A DNA stretch of 64,000 bases from an uncultured Peptococcaceae bacterium (GCA_947625705.1 CANQPG010000002.1:13119-77118), one strand, 5' to 3'. Positions 29,380 to 39,856 are shown, numbered from the stretch's first letter. The notes: generated by a model from the letters alone, not told the origin. Numbers and translations are program-made.

Positions 29380-30051
29380 TCAGCCCGCGCAGGCCGCCGC
29401 AAAAGCGGCAAACAGCTTTTGCCCCGCCCGCAGGCGCTCCGGGTGCCACTGCACGCCGATGGCAAAGCGCCGCCCCGGCGCTTCTATCCCCTCGATCAGG
29501 CCGTCCGGTGCATAGGCGCAGGCGGAAAGCCCCTCGCCCAGCAGGCGCACTCCCTGCTGGTGCCGGCTGTTCACCCGCATTTTGGCGGGCGACGCGTCAT
29601 AAATTTCCGCCAGCTTCCCCCGGCAGACAACACTATGCCAGCCCGTCCGCATATCCGCCGTCTGCCAGTGTAAGATATCGCCGCCCCGCTCCTGCAAATG
29701 CTGCCAGAGCGTGCCGCCCAGCGCCACATTCAGCACCTGCATACCCCGGCAGATACCCAAAAGCGGCAAGTCCGCCGCCAGCGCCGCCCGGCAAAGCGCA
29801 ATTTCCCAGAGATCACGCGCCGCGTCCACCTCGCCCAAGCCCTGGTGCGGCTCCTCGTCCCAAAGCAGCGGGTGCGGGTCGCCGCCGCCGGAAAGCACAA
29901 TACCGGCAATCCCCGCCGGCAGCTGAAATTCGCCCTCCTGCGGCGGCAGGATCACCCCGCCAAGCCCCACAGCATTAAGCGCCCGCAAATACGCCGCCGC
30001 CAGCGTAAAATCCTCGCCCCGGCGGCCGCAAGTCACGCCAACCAAACACAT
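29380..30051 (-). CDS. class I glutamine amidotransferase-like gamma-glutamyl hydrolase (peptidase C26 / PuuD-like)
   Basis: GICRGMQ catalytic Cys, HPE His motif. Confidence 0.75.
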   Translation of the reverse strand: MCLVGVTCGRRGEDFTLAAAYLRALNAVGLGGVILPPQEGEFQLPAGIAGIVLSGGGDPHPLLWDEEPHQGLGEVDAARDLWEIALCRAALAADLPLLGICRGMQVLNVALGGTLWQHLQERGGDILHWQTADMRTGWHSVVCRGKLAEIYDASPAKMRVNSRHQQGVRLLGEGLSACAYAPDGLIEGIEAPGRRFAIGVQWHPERLRAGQKLFAAFAAACAG

Positions 30052-30104
30052 CTTCCACCCCTCCCCGGCAATTCTATGCCGCGAGAGGCGCCGATATGCC
30101 GCCC

Positions 30105-30467
30105 TTAAGTTGTGGGCACGATACCCATGCTGATCTCCATCGCGTGGTCAATGCGCGACATCGTCATCTCGTTCAGGCAGGCCACTTTCTGCTGCAAGCG
30201 CACCTTGTCAATGGTGCGTATCTGCTCGGCCAGGACGACCGAATCGCGCGACAGCCCCGATTCCCGCCGGGATAACTCCACGTGCGTCGGCAGCTTGGCC
30301 TTGGAAAGCTTCGATGTGATCGGCAGAATGATCGTCGTCGGGCTGAAGTTATTGCCCACGTCGTTCTGCACCACCAGCACCGGCCGCACGCCCCCCTGCT
30401 CGCTGCCCTGCACTGGGTTCAGCTCGGCAAAAAAGATATCTCCCCGTTTAAGCGACATTTTGCTCAC
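30105..30467 (-). CDS. MazF/PemK-family endoribonuclease toxin, no cognate antitoxin gene detected
   Basis: RGDIFFAELNPVQGSEQGGVRPVLVVQND... classic MazF/EndoA N-terminus; only a 20-codon uORF upstream. Confidence 0.8.
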   Translation of the reverse strand: MSKMSLKRGDIFFAELNPVQGSEQGGVRPVLVVQNDVGNNFSPTTIILPITSKLSKAKLPTHVELSRRESGLSRDSVVLAEQIRTIDKVRLQQKVACLNEMTMSRIDHAMEISMGIVPTT

Positions 30468-30582
30468 TCCCGCAGATTTTGGCAGGCCGGCCTTATGTAC
30501 GGCTCTCTCGACCCGCTCTTATCCATGATACTCCCCCCGCCAAGGGGGAAATATACTCGCCAAAATCTGCCGTATTCCGCCA

Positions 30583-30615
30583 GAAAAAGCGCCCCGCCAA
30601 AACCCGGCGGGGCGC
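30583..30615 (-). terminator. rho-independent terminator of pgm
   Basis: GCGCCCCGCC-loop-GGCGGGGCGC with T-run on minus strand. Confidence 0.75.
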
Positions 30616-30620
30616 TCCCA

Positions 30621-32378
30621 TTAAAGTTTGATATAACTGCTTACCGGGCGGAAAAATTCCTGCTGCACGGCCTGCAAATTGTCTTTAGCCGCCGCCTCGT
30701 CCGCCCCGCTGATACAGAAATAAAAGCGTATCTTCGGCTCGGTGCCGCTGGGGCGAACCTTGATGAAACCGCCGCCGCCCTCAAACGTCAGCCCCAGCAT
30801 ATCCACCCTGGGGAAATCCAGCGGCTGCATTTCGCCGCCTGCCAGCTGCTCGCCCTGCGCGTAATATTCCCGGCTGGCCACATTCAGCCCGCCCAGCTTA
30901 TCACGTCTATCCTCGGTAAGTGTCCGCAGAATTTCCCGCATTTGCTCCCGTCCGTCGATACCAGGGAAGCTGCACGCCACCTGCGCGTCCAGATAACAGC
31001 CGAACTCCTGATAAAGCCCGGCCAAAACGTCCGGCAGCGTTTTGCCCTGCCCGCGCCAGTAAAGCGCCGCCTCGGCGGTGAGCGCCGCCGCGAGAACCGC
31101 GTCCTTGTCGCGGGCATAGGTGCCTTTCAGATAGCCCAGGCTCTCCTCAAAGCCGAACAGAAACTCCCGCTCGCGCCCCGCCTCCTCCAGCAATTTGATC
31201 TGCTCGCCGATGTATTTGAAGCCAACCGGCACGTCCTTGATATTAACGCCCAGCGCCTGCACCACGCGGTTGGCCAGCGCCGTGGAAACCACGCTTTTCA
31301 CCACCAGCGCGTTTTCCGGGAGAATTCCCATTTCACGCTCCCGGTTGATGATATAATAAGCCAGCAGCACGCCCACCTGGTTACCGGAAAGCCGCTGATA
31401 GCCGCCCCCCGGTAAGCGGCAGCAAACGCCCAGGCGGTCGGCGTCCGGGTCGGTGGCCAGCAGCAGATCGACGTTCTCGCCCGTCTGCTGCTCAATTTCC
31501 GCCGCCAGCTGCTCGGAAAGCGCCCACGCCCCCGCGTCCTCCGGGTTCGGCACGGCCACGGTGGCAAATTCCGGGTCGGGCTCGGCCTGCGCCGCCACGG
31601 TGTGCAGGTTTTGGAAGCCGATCTCCCGCAAAATGCGCTCCACGGGCTTTCTGCCCGTACCGGAAAGCGGCGTATACACGATGTTCATTTCACCGCCCTT
31701 GGCGGCGCAAAGCTCGGCATTCAAAAGCTGCTCTTTCACTTTGGCGGTATACGCGTCATGCAGGGAGCCGCCCAGCATTTCCAGCAGACCCTGCGCTTTC
31801 GCCTGCTCGGGCGGCATTTCCGCCACCTCCCAGGAATTGCGCCCGGCCATCTTGGCAACGATCTTATCCGCCTGCTCGGGCGGCAGCTGGCCGCCGTCCT
31901 CCCAATAGACCTTATAGCCGTTATACTGTTTGGGATTGTGGCTGGCCGTCACCATAATGCCAGCCATCGCGTGGGTGTGGCGCACCGCAAACGAAAGCAC
32001 CGGCGTGGGGGCAAGCTCGCTGAACAGATAGGCTTTGACGCCGTTGGCGTTAAGCACCCCCGCCGCCGCCTGCGCAAACTCACGCGAAAAGCGCCGCGAA
32101 TCATAGGATATCGCCACGCCGCGCGCCGCGCCGCCATGCTCGATCACGGTATCCGCCAGCGCCTGCGTCAGCCGCCGGATCAGGTAAATATTCATGCGGT
32201 TGGTGCCGATACCAAGCTCGCCCCGCATACCGCCCGTACCGAATTCCAAATCGCAGTAAAAGCGGTCGGTAATTTCCGCCTCGTCGGTCAATGCCGCCAG
32301 CTCCGCCCGGTCTGCCGCCGCCAAAAACGGCGCCGCCAGCCACGCCTGATACCGCGCCGCCACCTCTTTGCTCAGCAT
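30621..32378 (-). CDS. pgcA: phosphoglucomutase / phosphomannomutase family phospho-sugar mutase
   Basis: Active-site TASHNP, four alpha-D-PHM domains. Confidence 0.88.
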   Translation of the reverse strand: MLSKEVAARYQAWLAAPFLAAADRAELAALTDEAEITDRFYCDLEFGTGGMRGELGIGTNRMNIYLIRRLTQALADTVIEHGGAARGVAISYDSRRFSREFAQAAAGVLNANGVKAYLFSELAPTPVLSFAVRHTHAMAGIMVTASHNPKQYNGYKVYWEDGGQLPPEQADKIVAKMAGRNSWEVAEMPPEQAKAQGLLEMLGGSLHDAYTAKVKEQLLNAELCAAKGGEMNIVYTPLSGTGRKPVERILREIGFQNLHTVAAQAEPDPEFATVAVPNPEDAGAWALSEQLAAEIEQQTGENVDLLLATDPDADRLGVCCRLPGGGYQRLSGNQVGVLLAYYIINREREMGILPENALVVKSVVSTALANRVVQALGVNIKDVPVGFKYIGEQIKLLEEAGREREFLFGFEESLGYLKGTYARDKDAVLAAALTAEAALYWRGQGKTLPDVLAGLYQEFGCYLDAQVACSFPGIDGREQMREILRTLTEDRRDKLGGLNVASREYYAQGEQLAGGEMQPLDFPRVDMLGLTFEGGGGFIKVRPSGTEPKIRFYFCISGADEAAAKDNLQAVQQEFFRPVSSYIKL

Positions 32379-32532
32379 AAGATCCCCTCCTTATTAGACA
32401 AAACGCCGCACATGTGCTACAATCTTCTTATCAGACTATCATACTCAGTCCCTGCTATTATAATTCTAAACAAACCACGGCAAAATAGCAACCGCAAATG
32501 CCGATTTTTTCCATTCTTTTAACCGGGAGGCC

Positions 32533-33480
32533 ATGATGACCCACATTTTAACGCTGGATATCGGCGGCAGCAAAACGCAGCTCACCCTCTGGCAGTGTAC
32601 CTGTGCCGCGCCGATATTGCAGAAAACCGTAACATTCCCCACCGATTACGCCGACGAACAGGCTCTTATCCCCCAGCTTCAGGAGTTCCTTGCCGACGCC
32701 GATGACGTTGAAGCCGCCGCCATTGCGTTCGCCGGGACGGAAACGGCAGACGGCGCCCTCCGCCTCACCAACAACCCCTGCGCGCCGGATATCGCCAACC
32801 TGCGGCAGGCACTGCCGCCAAACTGCCGTCTCACCGTGCTGAACGATCTGGCGGCGCTGGCTTATGCGCTGAACCTGCTGCCGCCATCGTCGCTCCGCAA
32901 TTTAAATCCCCAGGCGGATTTTAGCCAAAACCACGCCGTGAAGCTGGCCGCGGCCTGCGGCACGGGCTTTGGGGCGGCGGCGCTGCTCCCCGGCGGCAGG
33001 TGCTTGCCGACGGAAGCGGGGCATTGCCGCTTTGCCCCCGCCAATGCCGCACAGGCCGCTCTATGCGCCAGTATCGGCGATAATATTACGAATGAAACGC
33101 TGCTTTCGGGCGCGGGGCTGTCGCGTATCTACACGGCACTTGGCACGGCGGCGCCGCAGCTTAATGCGGCGGAGATCAACGCGCGGGCGGCGGCGGGCGA
33201 TGAAATTGCCTTGCAGACCGTGCGGCTGTTCAGCGGCTGCCTGGGGGCGGCTCTCGGCAATCTGGCGCTGGTGACCCTTGGCAGCGGCGGCGTCTATCTG
33301 GCGGGCGGCGTCTGCCAAAAGCTTGCCCCGCTGCTGGACGCGGCGGCGCTCGTTGATAGTTTTGTGATCCCCGGCTCGTTCGCGGCGGCGTTGGCCAAAA
33401 TCCCCATTTATCTGATCACCGACCCGGCGGCGGTATCCCTCGGCGCGGCAGTCTGCGCCGACCGGACGCTGCTGGGCTGA
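32533..33480 (+). CDS. glk: glucokinase (Glk family)
   Basis: LTLDIGGSKTQL ATP-binding, Glk-family layout. Confidence 0.75.
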   Translation: MMTHILTLDIGGSKTQLTLWQCTCAAPILQKTVTFPTDYADEQALIPQLQEFLADADDVEAAAIAFAGTETADGALRLTNNPCAPDIANLRQALPPNCRLTVLNDLAALAYALNLLPPSSLRNLNPQADFSQNHAVKLAAACGTGFGAAALLPGGRCLPTEAGHCRFAPANAAQAALCASIGDNITNETLLSGAGLSRIYTALGTAAPQLNAAEINARAAAGDEIALQTVRLFSGCLGAALGNLALVTLGSGGVYLAGGVCQKLAPLLDAAALVDSFVIPGSFAAALAKIPIYLITDPAAVSLGAAVCADRTLLG

Positions 33481-33506
33481 GATCGCCGCCAAGGAGGTGC
33501 TGCCTT

Positions 33507-34055
33507 ATGCCCAAACTTATGCGGCGGCTGACCGCCCTCACTCTCACGGGCACGGTCATCGCCGCCCTGCTGTTTTATTCTACCGCGGCGGGCATCTGGC
33601 TGACGCTGGCCATCACGCTGGGCACGACGGCATACCACTTGGGTATGCGTCTGCTGGTCGGCCTGCTTTTCAACGCCGCCATGCACAACCGGGCGGATCC
33701 CGCTAGGTGGTGGTATCAGCCGCGCCGGTGGGAGGCTAAGCTGTATCGCCTTTTGCGGGTGCGCGAATGGAAAGGCAGGCTCCCCACCTATTACCCGGAG
33801 AGCTTCTCGCCCCGGCGGCACAGCTGGGCGGAAATTGCCCAGGCCATGTGCCAGTCGGAGCTGGTGCATGAGGTCAATATGCTGCTGAGCTTCGCGCCGC
33901 TTTTGGCCGTCAAATATTTCGGCGCGTTTTACGTGTTTCTGATAACCTCTGTCGCGGCGGCCTTGTTCGATCTGCTGTTCGTCATCATGCAGCGCTATAA
34001 CCGCCCGCGCGTCCTGGCCATCGCCCGGCGCCAACAAAAAACAGGAGAGCGTTAA
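33507..34055 (+). CDS. hypothetical membrane protein (possible membrane acyltransferase-like family)
   Basis: 182 aa, 4 TM, W/R-rich central loop. Confidence 0.4.
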   Translation: MPKLMRRLTALTLTGTVIAALLFYSTAAGIWLTLAITLGTTAYHLGMRLLVGLLFNAAMHNRADPARWWYQPRRWEAKLYRLLRVREWKGRLPTYYPESFSPRRHSWAEIAQAMCQSELVHEVNMLLSFAPLLAVKYFGAFYVFLITSVAAALFDLLFVIMQRYNRPRVLAIARRQQKTGER

Positions 34056-34069
34056 GCCCTCCTGTTCTT

Positions 34070-35011
34070 TCATTTAAGTGAGTTCATGTGCCGCAGCAGC
34101 CAGTAACAGGCGGCGCCGCCAATAAAACAGGCCGCCAGCACCGCCAGCGTCATCAGCGGGCTGGCCGCAAACGGCATCGGCAGGTTCATGCCGAAGAAGC
34201 TGGTGATAAACGTCGGCACGGCCACCATCAGGGTGATAACCGTCAAAAAATTCATCACCTTGCTCAGATTGTTGTTGGAAATCGAGGCCAGCGCGTCCAT
34301 TGAGTTCTTCAAAATGGTGGTGTAAATGTCGGCCATCTCCACCGCCTGTTTGTTCTCGATAATTACGTCGTCCAAAAGATCGCGGTCTTCCTCATACATG
34401 CGAATGGTGCGGGTGCGGAACAGCTTTTCCATCACCTTGTCGTTCGCGCGCAGCGATGTGGTGAAGTATACCAAGCTTTTTTGCAAATTAAGCAGGCCGT
34501 TCAGATCCTCGTTGTTCATCGTTTGGCGCAGGCGCGCTTCCAACGCCTCATAGCGGCGGTTGATGTCGCGCAGCGAGCGCAGATAGATGTTGGTCTGAAG
34601 CTGCAAAATCTGCAAGATCAGCCGCGTTTTTTTGAACGTGGCGGCAGATTTGATACGCCCGCCCGCAAAGCTGCGGTAAAGCTCCAGATCGGTCAGGCTC
34701 ACGGTCACGATGTACTCGTCGTTCAGCACGATCCCCAGCGGCACGGTATCATAGATCACCGCGGCGTTGGTGGTTATCGGCACGTTGATAATGATGAGTA
34801 TCTGGCCGTCGTCGCTTTCCACACGCGCCAGCTCCTCATCGTCCAGGGGATAACGGATAAAATCCTCGTCAATGCCCGTCTGCTCGCTCACCCGGCGGAT
34901 CTCCTCCGGCGTGGGGTTAACAAGGTTGATCCAGTCGCCCTTTTGCATTTGCTGCACCTCGCCCATCGGCTGGTTTTCGCCCATAAGCGGGGTGCGGTAT
35001 ATCGTCAGCAT
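34070..35011 (-). CDS. corA: magnesium/cobalt transporter CorA
   Basis: GMN motif in FFGMNLPMPF, two C-terminal TMs. Confidence 0.9.
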   Translation of the reverse strand: MLTIYRTPLMGENQPMGEVQQMQKGDWINLVNPTPEEIRRVSEQTGIDEDFIRYPLDDEELARVESDDGQILIIINVPITTNAAVIYDTVPLGIVLNDEYIVTVSLTDLELYRSFAGGRIKSAATFKKTRLILQILQLQTNIYLRSLRDINRRYEALEARLRQTMNNEDLNGLLNLQKSLVYFTTSLRANDKVMEKLFRTRTIRMYEEDRDLLDDVIIENKQAVEMADIYTTILKNSMDALASISNNNLSKVMNFLTVITLMVAVPTFITSFFGMNLPMPFAASPLMTLAVLAACFIGGAACYWLLRHMNSLK

Positions 35012-35139
35012 ACGGCACTCCTCCTTATATCAGGGGGTGCGCCTTAAAAGCAGCGAAGCGCAGCCCCCCGGTTTTGGTTATTCGATAAATACTTCCGGGG
35101 TCGCCCTCCACAGCTTTCACCTCTTTCAGTCATAATTTG

Positions 35140-35155
35140 CGGGCAAATTTGCCCG
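35140..35155. promoter_or_regulatory. 16-bp perfect palindrome CGGGCAAATTTGCCCG in corA/glmU intergenic region (candidate operator)
   Basis: Perfect dyad about 130 nt upstream of corA start. Confidence 0.35.
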
Positions 35156-35242
35156 TACACTTTATAATAACTCCATTTTTGGGCTTTTACCAGCCCTTTT
35201 TGGCAAAAAATTGCCGCTGCCGCTGATTTTTTTTTCGTTTTA

Positions 35243-35251
35243 TGGTACAAT
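35243..35251 (+). promoter_or_regulatory. extended -10 promoter (TGgTACAAT) for glmU-prs-tyrS operon
   Basis: TGnTACAAT; predicted 5' leader of about 150 nt. Confidence 0.4.
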
Positions 35252-35264
35252 GGAGTTATCCAGC

Positions 35265-35410
35265 AAAAAACAGCCGTTCAAGAGTACACCAGATGCAAGG
35301 CGTCAGACTGTGCGGCGAGGGAGCTGTATTGAAATACGCGACCCGAGCCAAGCAGGCTGACAACACAGCAGATGGCGTGCTATTGGACGGCTGAAAGGAG
35401 ATTTCTACAT
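35265..35410 (+). promoter_or_regulatory. structured 5' leader of glmU with 11-bp long-range helix (CAGCCGTTCAA / TTGGACGGCTG)
   Basis: Helix arms 35292-35302 and 35384-35394 enclose about 80 nt with several local hairpins; matches no riboswitch class I can recall. Confidence 0.25.
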
Positions 35411-36811
35411 ATGAAAACTACTGCAATTATATTAGCCGCCGGCAAGGGGACACGCATGAAATCCGCCCTCCCCAAAGTGCTGCATAAGGCGGGCGGGCGC
35501 ACCATGCTGGCGCAGGTGCTGCACCAACTGAGAGCGGCCGGCATTGAAGACTGCTGCGTGGTCGTCGGCCACGGCGCGGAAGAAGTGCGCCAAAGCCTGC
35601 CGCAGGATAAAAACCTGCGCTTTGCCCTGCAAATGCCCCAGCTCGGCACCGGCCACTGCGTGCAGCAGGCGCTGCCCCATATCTCCGCCGACTGCGAGGC
35701 CGCGCTCATTGTCTGCGGCGACACACCGCTGCTGACGGCAGAAACCCTGCAAAATTTGCAGGCAAAATTCGCCCAAACCGGAGCGGACGGCTTGATCCTC
35801 ACCGCCGAAATGCCCGACCCCACCGGCTATGGCCGCATTATCCGCGGGGCAGACGGCGGCGTCACCGCCATCATCGAGGAAAAGGACGCCACGCCGGCGC
35901 AGAAAGCGGTGACGGAGATCAACACCGGGGCGTATATCTTCAAATTCCCGGCGCTTAAAGACGCGCTGGGCAAGCTCACCAACGACAACGCGCAGGGCGA
36001 ATATTACCTGACCGACGTGATCAAAATCATCGCCGAAGCGGGCGGGCGCATTGATACCCTGACCACCCCCGACGCGGTGGAGACCACCGGCGTCAACGAC
36101 CGCGTGCAGCTCGCTTTCGCTGCCGCCGAGCTGTACCGCCGCAAGGCACAGGAGCTGATGTTATCCGGCGTGACCATTATCGACCCCGCCGCCTGCTATA
36201 TCGACCAACAGGTGACGGTCGGGCAGGACAGCGTGATTTATCCCGGCTGCCAGCTGCGCGGCAATACGCACATCGGCGCAAACTGTGTGATCGACAGCGA
36301 TTGTATCCTCACCGACAGCACGCTCGGCGCGGGCTGCCATCTCACCAAATGCGTGCTGACGGAGGCCACGGTGGGCGCGGGCGCCAACATCGGCCCCTTT
36401 GCTTATCTCCGCCCCGGCACCAAGCTCGGCGATAACGTGAAGATCGGCGACTTTGCCGAGATCAAAAACTCCACCATCGGGGACGGCTCCAAGGTGCCCC
36501 ACCTCTCTTACATCGGCGACACCGATATGGGAAGCGGCGTCAACATCGGCTGCGGCACGATAACCTGCAACTATGACGGCATGAACAAGCACCGCACCAC
36601 CATCGGCGACGACGTTTTCATCGGCAGCAACACCAATCTCGTCGCCCCGGTAACGGTGGGCGCGGGGGCGTTTATCGGCGCGGGCAGCACGATCACCCGC
36701 GAAGTCTCGCCCAATGCCTTGGCGGTGGAGCGCTCGCACCAACGGGAGGTCAAGGGCTGGGCGGCGGAACTTAGCCCCAAGGCGCTGGCCGCCAAAAAGG
36801 CAGCGAAATAA
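35411..36811 (+). CDS. glmU: bifunctional UDP-N-acetylglucosamine pyrophosphorylase / glucosamine-1-phosphate N-acetyltransferase
   Basis: AAGKGTRMKS motif, C-terminal left-handed beta-helix hexapeptide repeats. Confidence 0.92.
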   Translation: MKTTAIILAAGKGTRMKSALPKVLHKAGGRTMLAQVLHQLRAAGIEDCCVVVGHGAEEVRQSLPQDKNLRFALQMPQLGTGHCVQQALPHISADCEAALIVCGDTPLLTAETLQNLQAKFAQTGADGLILTAEMPDPTGYGRIIRGADGGVTAIIEEKDATPAQKAVTEINTGAYIFKFPALKDALGKLTNDNAQGEYYLTDVIKIIAEAGGRIDTLTTPDAVETTGVNDRVQLAFAAAELYRRKAQELMLSGVTIIDPAACYIDQQVTVGQDSVIYPGCQLRGNTHIGANCVIDSDCILTDSTLGAGCHLTKCVLTEATVGAGANIGPFAYLRPGTKLGDNVKIGDFAEIKNSTIGDGSKVPHLSYIGDTDMGSGVNIGCGTITCNYDGMNKHRTTIGDDVFIGSNTNLVAPVTVGAGAFIGAGSTITREVSPNALAVERSHQREVKGWAAELSPKALAAKKAAK

Positions 36812-36942
36812 TTTACGGATTTCCGCTAAAATTATGCCGTGTCTTAGAGGAAAAAGGCGAATTTTGCGGAATGTTATATATGTATAAAAGTCTGCCTTCG
36901 GGCAGCGCATTTTTGGTTATTTTACAGGGGAGGTTTAAGTAA

Positions 36943-37893
36943 ATGAGTGGTTCCGCATTAAAGATTTTCACGGGCAACGCCAACCCGGCGCTGGCCACGG
37001 AGATCGCCAATTATCTGCAGATCAAGCTGGGCGCGGCCAAGGTATCCCGCTTTAAGGACGGCGAGGTGCGGCTGGAGATCGGGGAAAGCGTGCGCGGCAA
37101 CGACGTTTTCATCATTCAGCCCACCTGCACCCCCGTCAACGAAAGCCTGATGGAGCTTCTGATCATGGTGGACGCGATGAAGCGCGCTTCGGCCAGCTCG
37201 GTGACGGCGGTGATCCCGTATTACGGCTATGCCCGGCAGGAGCGCAAGCAAAAGGCGCGTGATCCGATCTCGGCCAAGCTGGTGGCCAATCTGCTGACGG
37301 CGGCCGGCGCCGACCGTATGGTGGCGGTCGACCTGCACACCAACGCAATCCAGGGGTTCTTCGATATCCCGGTGGATCATCTGCCCGCCGTGCCGATTTT
37401 GGCGGAATATTATAAGAAGAAAAACATCGAAAATCTGGTGGTGGCCTCGCCCGATATCGGCGGCGTAACGCGCGCCCGCAATCTGGCGGAGCGGCTGAAC
37501 TGCTCGCTGGCGATCATCGATAAGCGCCGCCCGGAGCCGAACAAATCCGAAGTCATGGGTGTAATCGGCGACGTTTCCGGTAAGAATGTTATCATGGTGG
37601 ACGATATGATCGACACCGCGGGGACGATCGCCCAGGGCGCCAATTTCCTGCGCGACCAGGCAGGCGCCAACGAGGTCTATGCCTGCTGCACCCACGCCAT
37701 CTTCACCCCGCCCGCGCTGGAGCGCATCAACGCCTCGGCACTCAAGGAGGTGCTGACCACCAACACCATTCCGCTGCGCCCCGAACTCTGCGGCGAAAGC
37801 GACAAGATCCAGACGGTCTCCATCGCTCCCCTCTTGAGCGAAACGATCCTGCGTATTCACGAGAATATGTCGGTGAGCCGCCTGTTTGACTAA
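36943..37893 (+). CDS. prs: ribose-phosphate pyrophosphokinase
   Basis: [18 protein letters not shown]..., PRPP-binding [12 protein letters not shown]. Confidence 0.93.
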   Translation: MSGSALKIFTGNANPALATEIANYLQIKLGAAKVSRFKDGEVRLEIGESVRGNDVFIIQPTCTPVNESLMELLIMVDAMKRASASSVTAVIPYYGYARQERKQKARDPISAKLVANLLTAAGADRMVAVDLHTNAIQGFFDIPVDHLPAVPILAEYYKKKNIENLVVASPDIGGVTRARNLAERLNCSLAIIDKRRPEPNKSEVMGVIGDVSGKNVIMVDDMIDTAGTIAQGANFLRDQAGANEVYACCTHAIFTPPALERINASALKEVLTTNTIPLRPELCGESDKIQTVSIAPLLSETILRIHENMSVSRLFD

Positions 37894-37916
37894 ATCCCGA
37901 AGGAGCAATTTGTTTC

Positions 37917-39152
37917 ATGACGACTAACGTATACGATTTACTGGAAGAACGCGGCTTTATCGAGCAATGCACCGACCCCGGCGTGCGCGACCTGCTGGGG
38001 CGCGAGAGCGTGACTTTTTACATCGGCTTTGACCCCACGGCGGACAGCCTGCACGTCGGCCATTTCATTCAGATCATGGTGATGGCGCACATGCAGCGGG
38101 CGGGGCACCGCCCCATCGCCCTGTTCGGCGGCGGCACGGGCATGATCGGCGACCCCTCCGGCCGCACCGATATGCGCAAGATGATGACGCAGCAGACGAT
38201 TTTGGACAACATCGCCAAATTCAAAACGCAGATGAGCCGCTTTATCGACTTCGACAGCGATATCCCCAACCGCGCCATCATGGTGAACAACGGCGACTGG
38301 CTGCTGGGGCTGAATTACGTCGATTTTATCCGCGAGGTGGGCGTGCATTTCTCCGTCAACCGCATGCTGGCGGCGGAATGTTTCAAAAACCGCATGGAAC
38401 GCGGCCTTTCGTTCTTCGAGTTCAACTATATGCTGATGCAGAGCTACGACTTTGTCATGCTGCAGCGCAAATATAACTGCCAGATGCAGATGGGCGGCAA
38501 CGACCAGTGGAGCAACATCATCGGCGGCGTCGAGCTGAACCGCCGCATGGACGGCAAGCAGGTCTATGGCCTGACGTTTAAGCTTTTGACCAACAGCCAG
38601 GGCAAAAAAATGGGCAAAACCGAAAGCGGCGCCCTCTGGCTGGACGCCGACAAGACTTCCCCTTACGAATTTTACCAATACTGGCGCAACATCGACGACG
38701 CCGACGTGGCCAACTGCCTGGCTCTGCTGACTTTCCTCCCGATGGACGAGGTGCGGCGCCTGGGCGCGCTTAAAGACGCGGCCATCAACGAGGCCAAGCA
38801 GACGCTGGCCTACGAAGTGACCAAGCTCGTCCACGGCGAGGACGAGGCCAAAAAGGCCGAAGCGGCCAGCCGTCAGCTGTTTGGCGGCGCGGCGGCAGGC
38901 GGCAACCTCCCCGGCACCGAGATCGCAGCGGCGGAGCTTGACGGTCTGGATATCCTTGGCCTGCTGACCAAATGCAATCTTATCAAGAGCAACGGCGAGG
39001 GACGCAGGCTCATCGCCGACGGCGGCGTTTACGTGAACGGCGAGCGCATCTCCGACCACACCCGCCCGATCACGGCGGCGGATTTTGCCGACGGCAAGCT
39101 GCTGCTGCGCAAGGGCAAAAAGGTCTATCACCAAGTGACCGTTAAAGATTAA
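37917..39152 (+). CDS. tyrS: tyrosine--tRNA ligase
   Basis: HVGH and KMGKT class-I motifs, C-terminal S4 domain; only 24 nt after prs, no T-box leader. Confidence 0.92.
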   Translation: MTTNVYDLLEERGFIEQCTDPGVRDLLGRESVTFYIGFDPTADSLHVGHFIQIMVMAHMQRAGHRPIALFGGGTGMIGDPSGRTDMRKMMTQQTILDNIAKFKTQMSRFIDFDSDIPNRAIMVNNGDWLLGLNYVDFIREVGVHFSVNRMLAAECFKNRMERGLSFFEFNYMLMQSYDFVMLQRKYNCQMQMGGNDQWSNIIGGVELNRRMDGKQVYGLTFKLLTNSQGKKMGKTESGALWLDADKTSPYEFYQYWRNIDDADVANCLALLTFLPMDEVRRLGALKDAAINEAKQTLAYEVTKLVHGEDEAKKAEAASRQLFGGAAAGGNLPGTEIAAAELDGLDILGLLTKCNLIKSNGEGRRLIADGGVYVNGERISDHTRPITAADFADGKLLLRKGKKVYHQVTVKD

Positions 39153-39178
39153 GCAAAAATTTAAAGAGGCGTATTAAA

Positions 39179-39838
39179 ATGATGAAAAGAACACGTATCG
39201 CGGCGCTTTGCGGCATATTGCTGCTGGGGCTGCTGACCCTTACCGCCTGCGGCGGCTTCGACGCCAAGGCGCTGGTGCAGGGCAATCTGGACGTTATTTA
39301 TCTGGGTACATATGACCAAGATTATCTGGATATGGTGGAAATAACCGAGGAAGAGGCGGAAGCGTCCTATAACGAGGGTATCGAAAACGAAGCGACGTTC
39401 TTCTGCGATTATTTCGACGTGGACTGGGACGCGCTGACCGCCGAAGGCCAGCAGGCGATCCTCGATATGTATAAGCAGATCTACCAGCACAGCAAGTATG
39501 AGGTGGGCGAAGTGACCCGCAACAGCGACACTTATCTGGTGGAGCTGACGGTTTACCCGATCGACATTATCAAAAAGTTTGTCGATGAGGACAGCGACTT
39601 TTTCCTCGACAGCTGGCAGCACCGCCTGGACACCGGCGAGTTCGATCTTTATACTGACGAGGAGTTTGAGCAGGCTTGGGCCAGCGAGATCGTGACGCTG
39701 ATCTCCGCCCGCCTTGACAATATCGGTTATCTTGACCCGGAAACCATCTCGGTGCAGATCGCGCAGGACGACGACGGCTACTATGTCATCACCGATAACG
39801 ACTTCCAGCGCATTGACGAGCTGATGATCGCCTACTAA
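39179..39838 (+). CDS. hypothetical lipoprotein
   Basis: Lipobox LTLTAC; acidic 219-aa protein. Confidence 0.6.
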   Translation: MMKRTRIAALCGILLLGLLTLTACGGFDAKALVQGNLDVIYLGTYDQDYLDMVEITEEEAEASYNEGIENEATFFCDYFDVDWDALTAEGQQAILDMYKQIYQHSKYEVGEVTRNSDTYLVELTVYPIDIIKKFVDEDSDFFLDSWQHRLDTGEFDLYTDEEFEQAWASEIVTLISARLDNIGYLDPETISVQIAQDDDGYYVITDNDFQRIDELMIAY

Positions 39839-39856
39839 AGCATAAACAAGCAAGAA

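Noticed and set aside
35012-35260. M-box (Mg2+ riboswitch) upstream of corA
   Set aside because: Looked for the conserved GUUAGGUGAGG / multi-helix M-box core on the minus-strand leader and did not find it; only a palindrome and simple hairpins
35265-35410. T-box, glmS ribozyme or PRPP riboswitch in the glmU leader
   Set aside because: Leader too short for a T-box and lacks the T-box sequence (AATTAGGGTGGTACCGCG-like); no glmS or ykkC-type core recognisable; kept only as an unclassified structured leader
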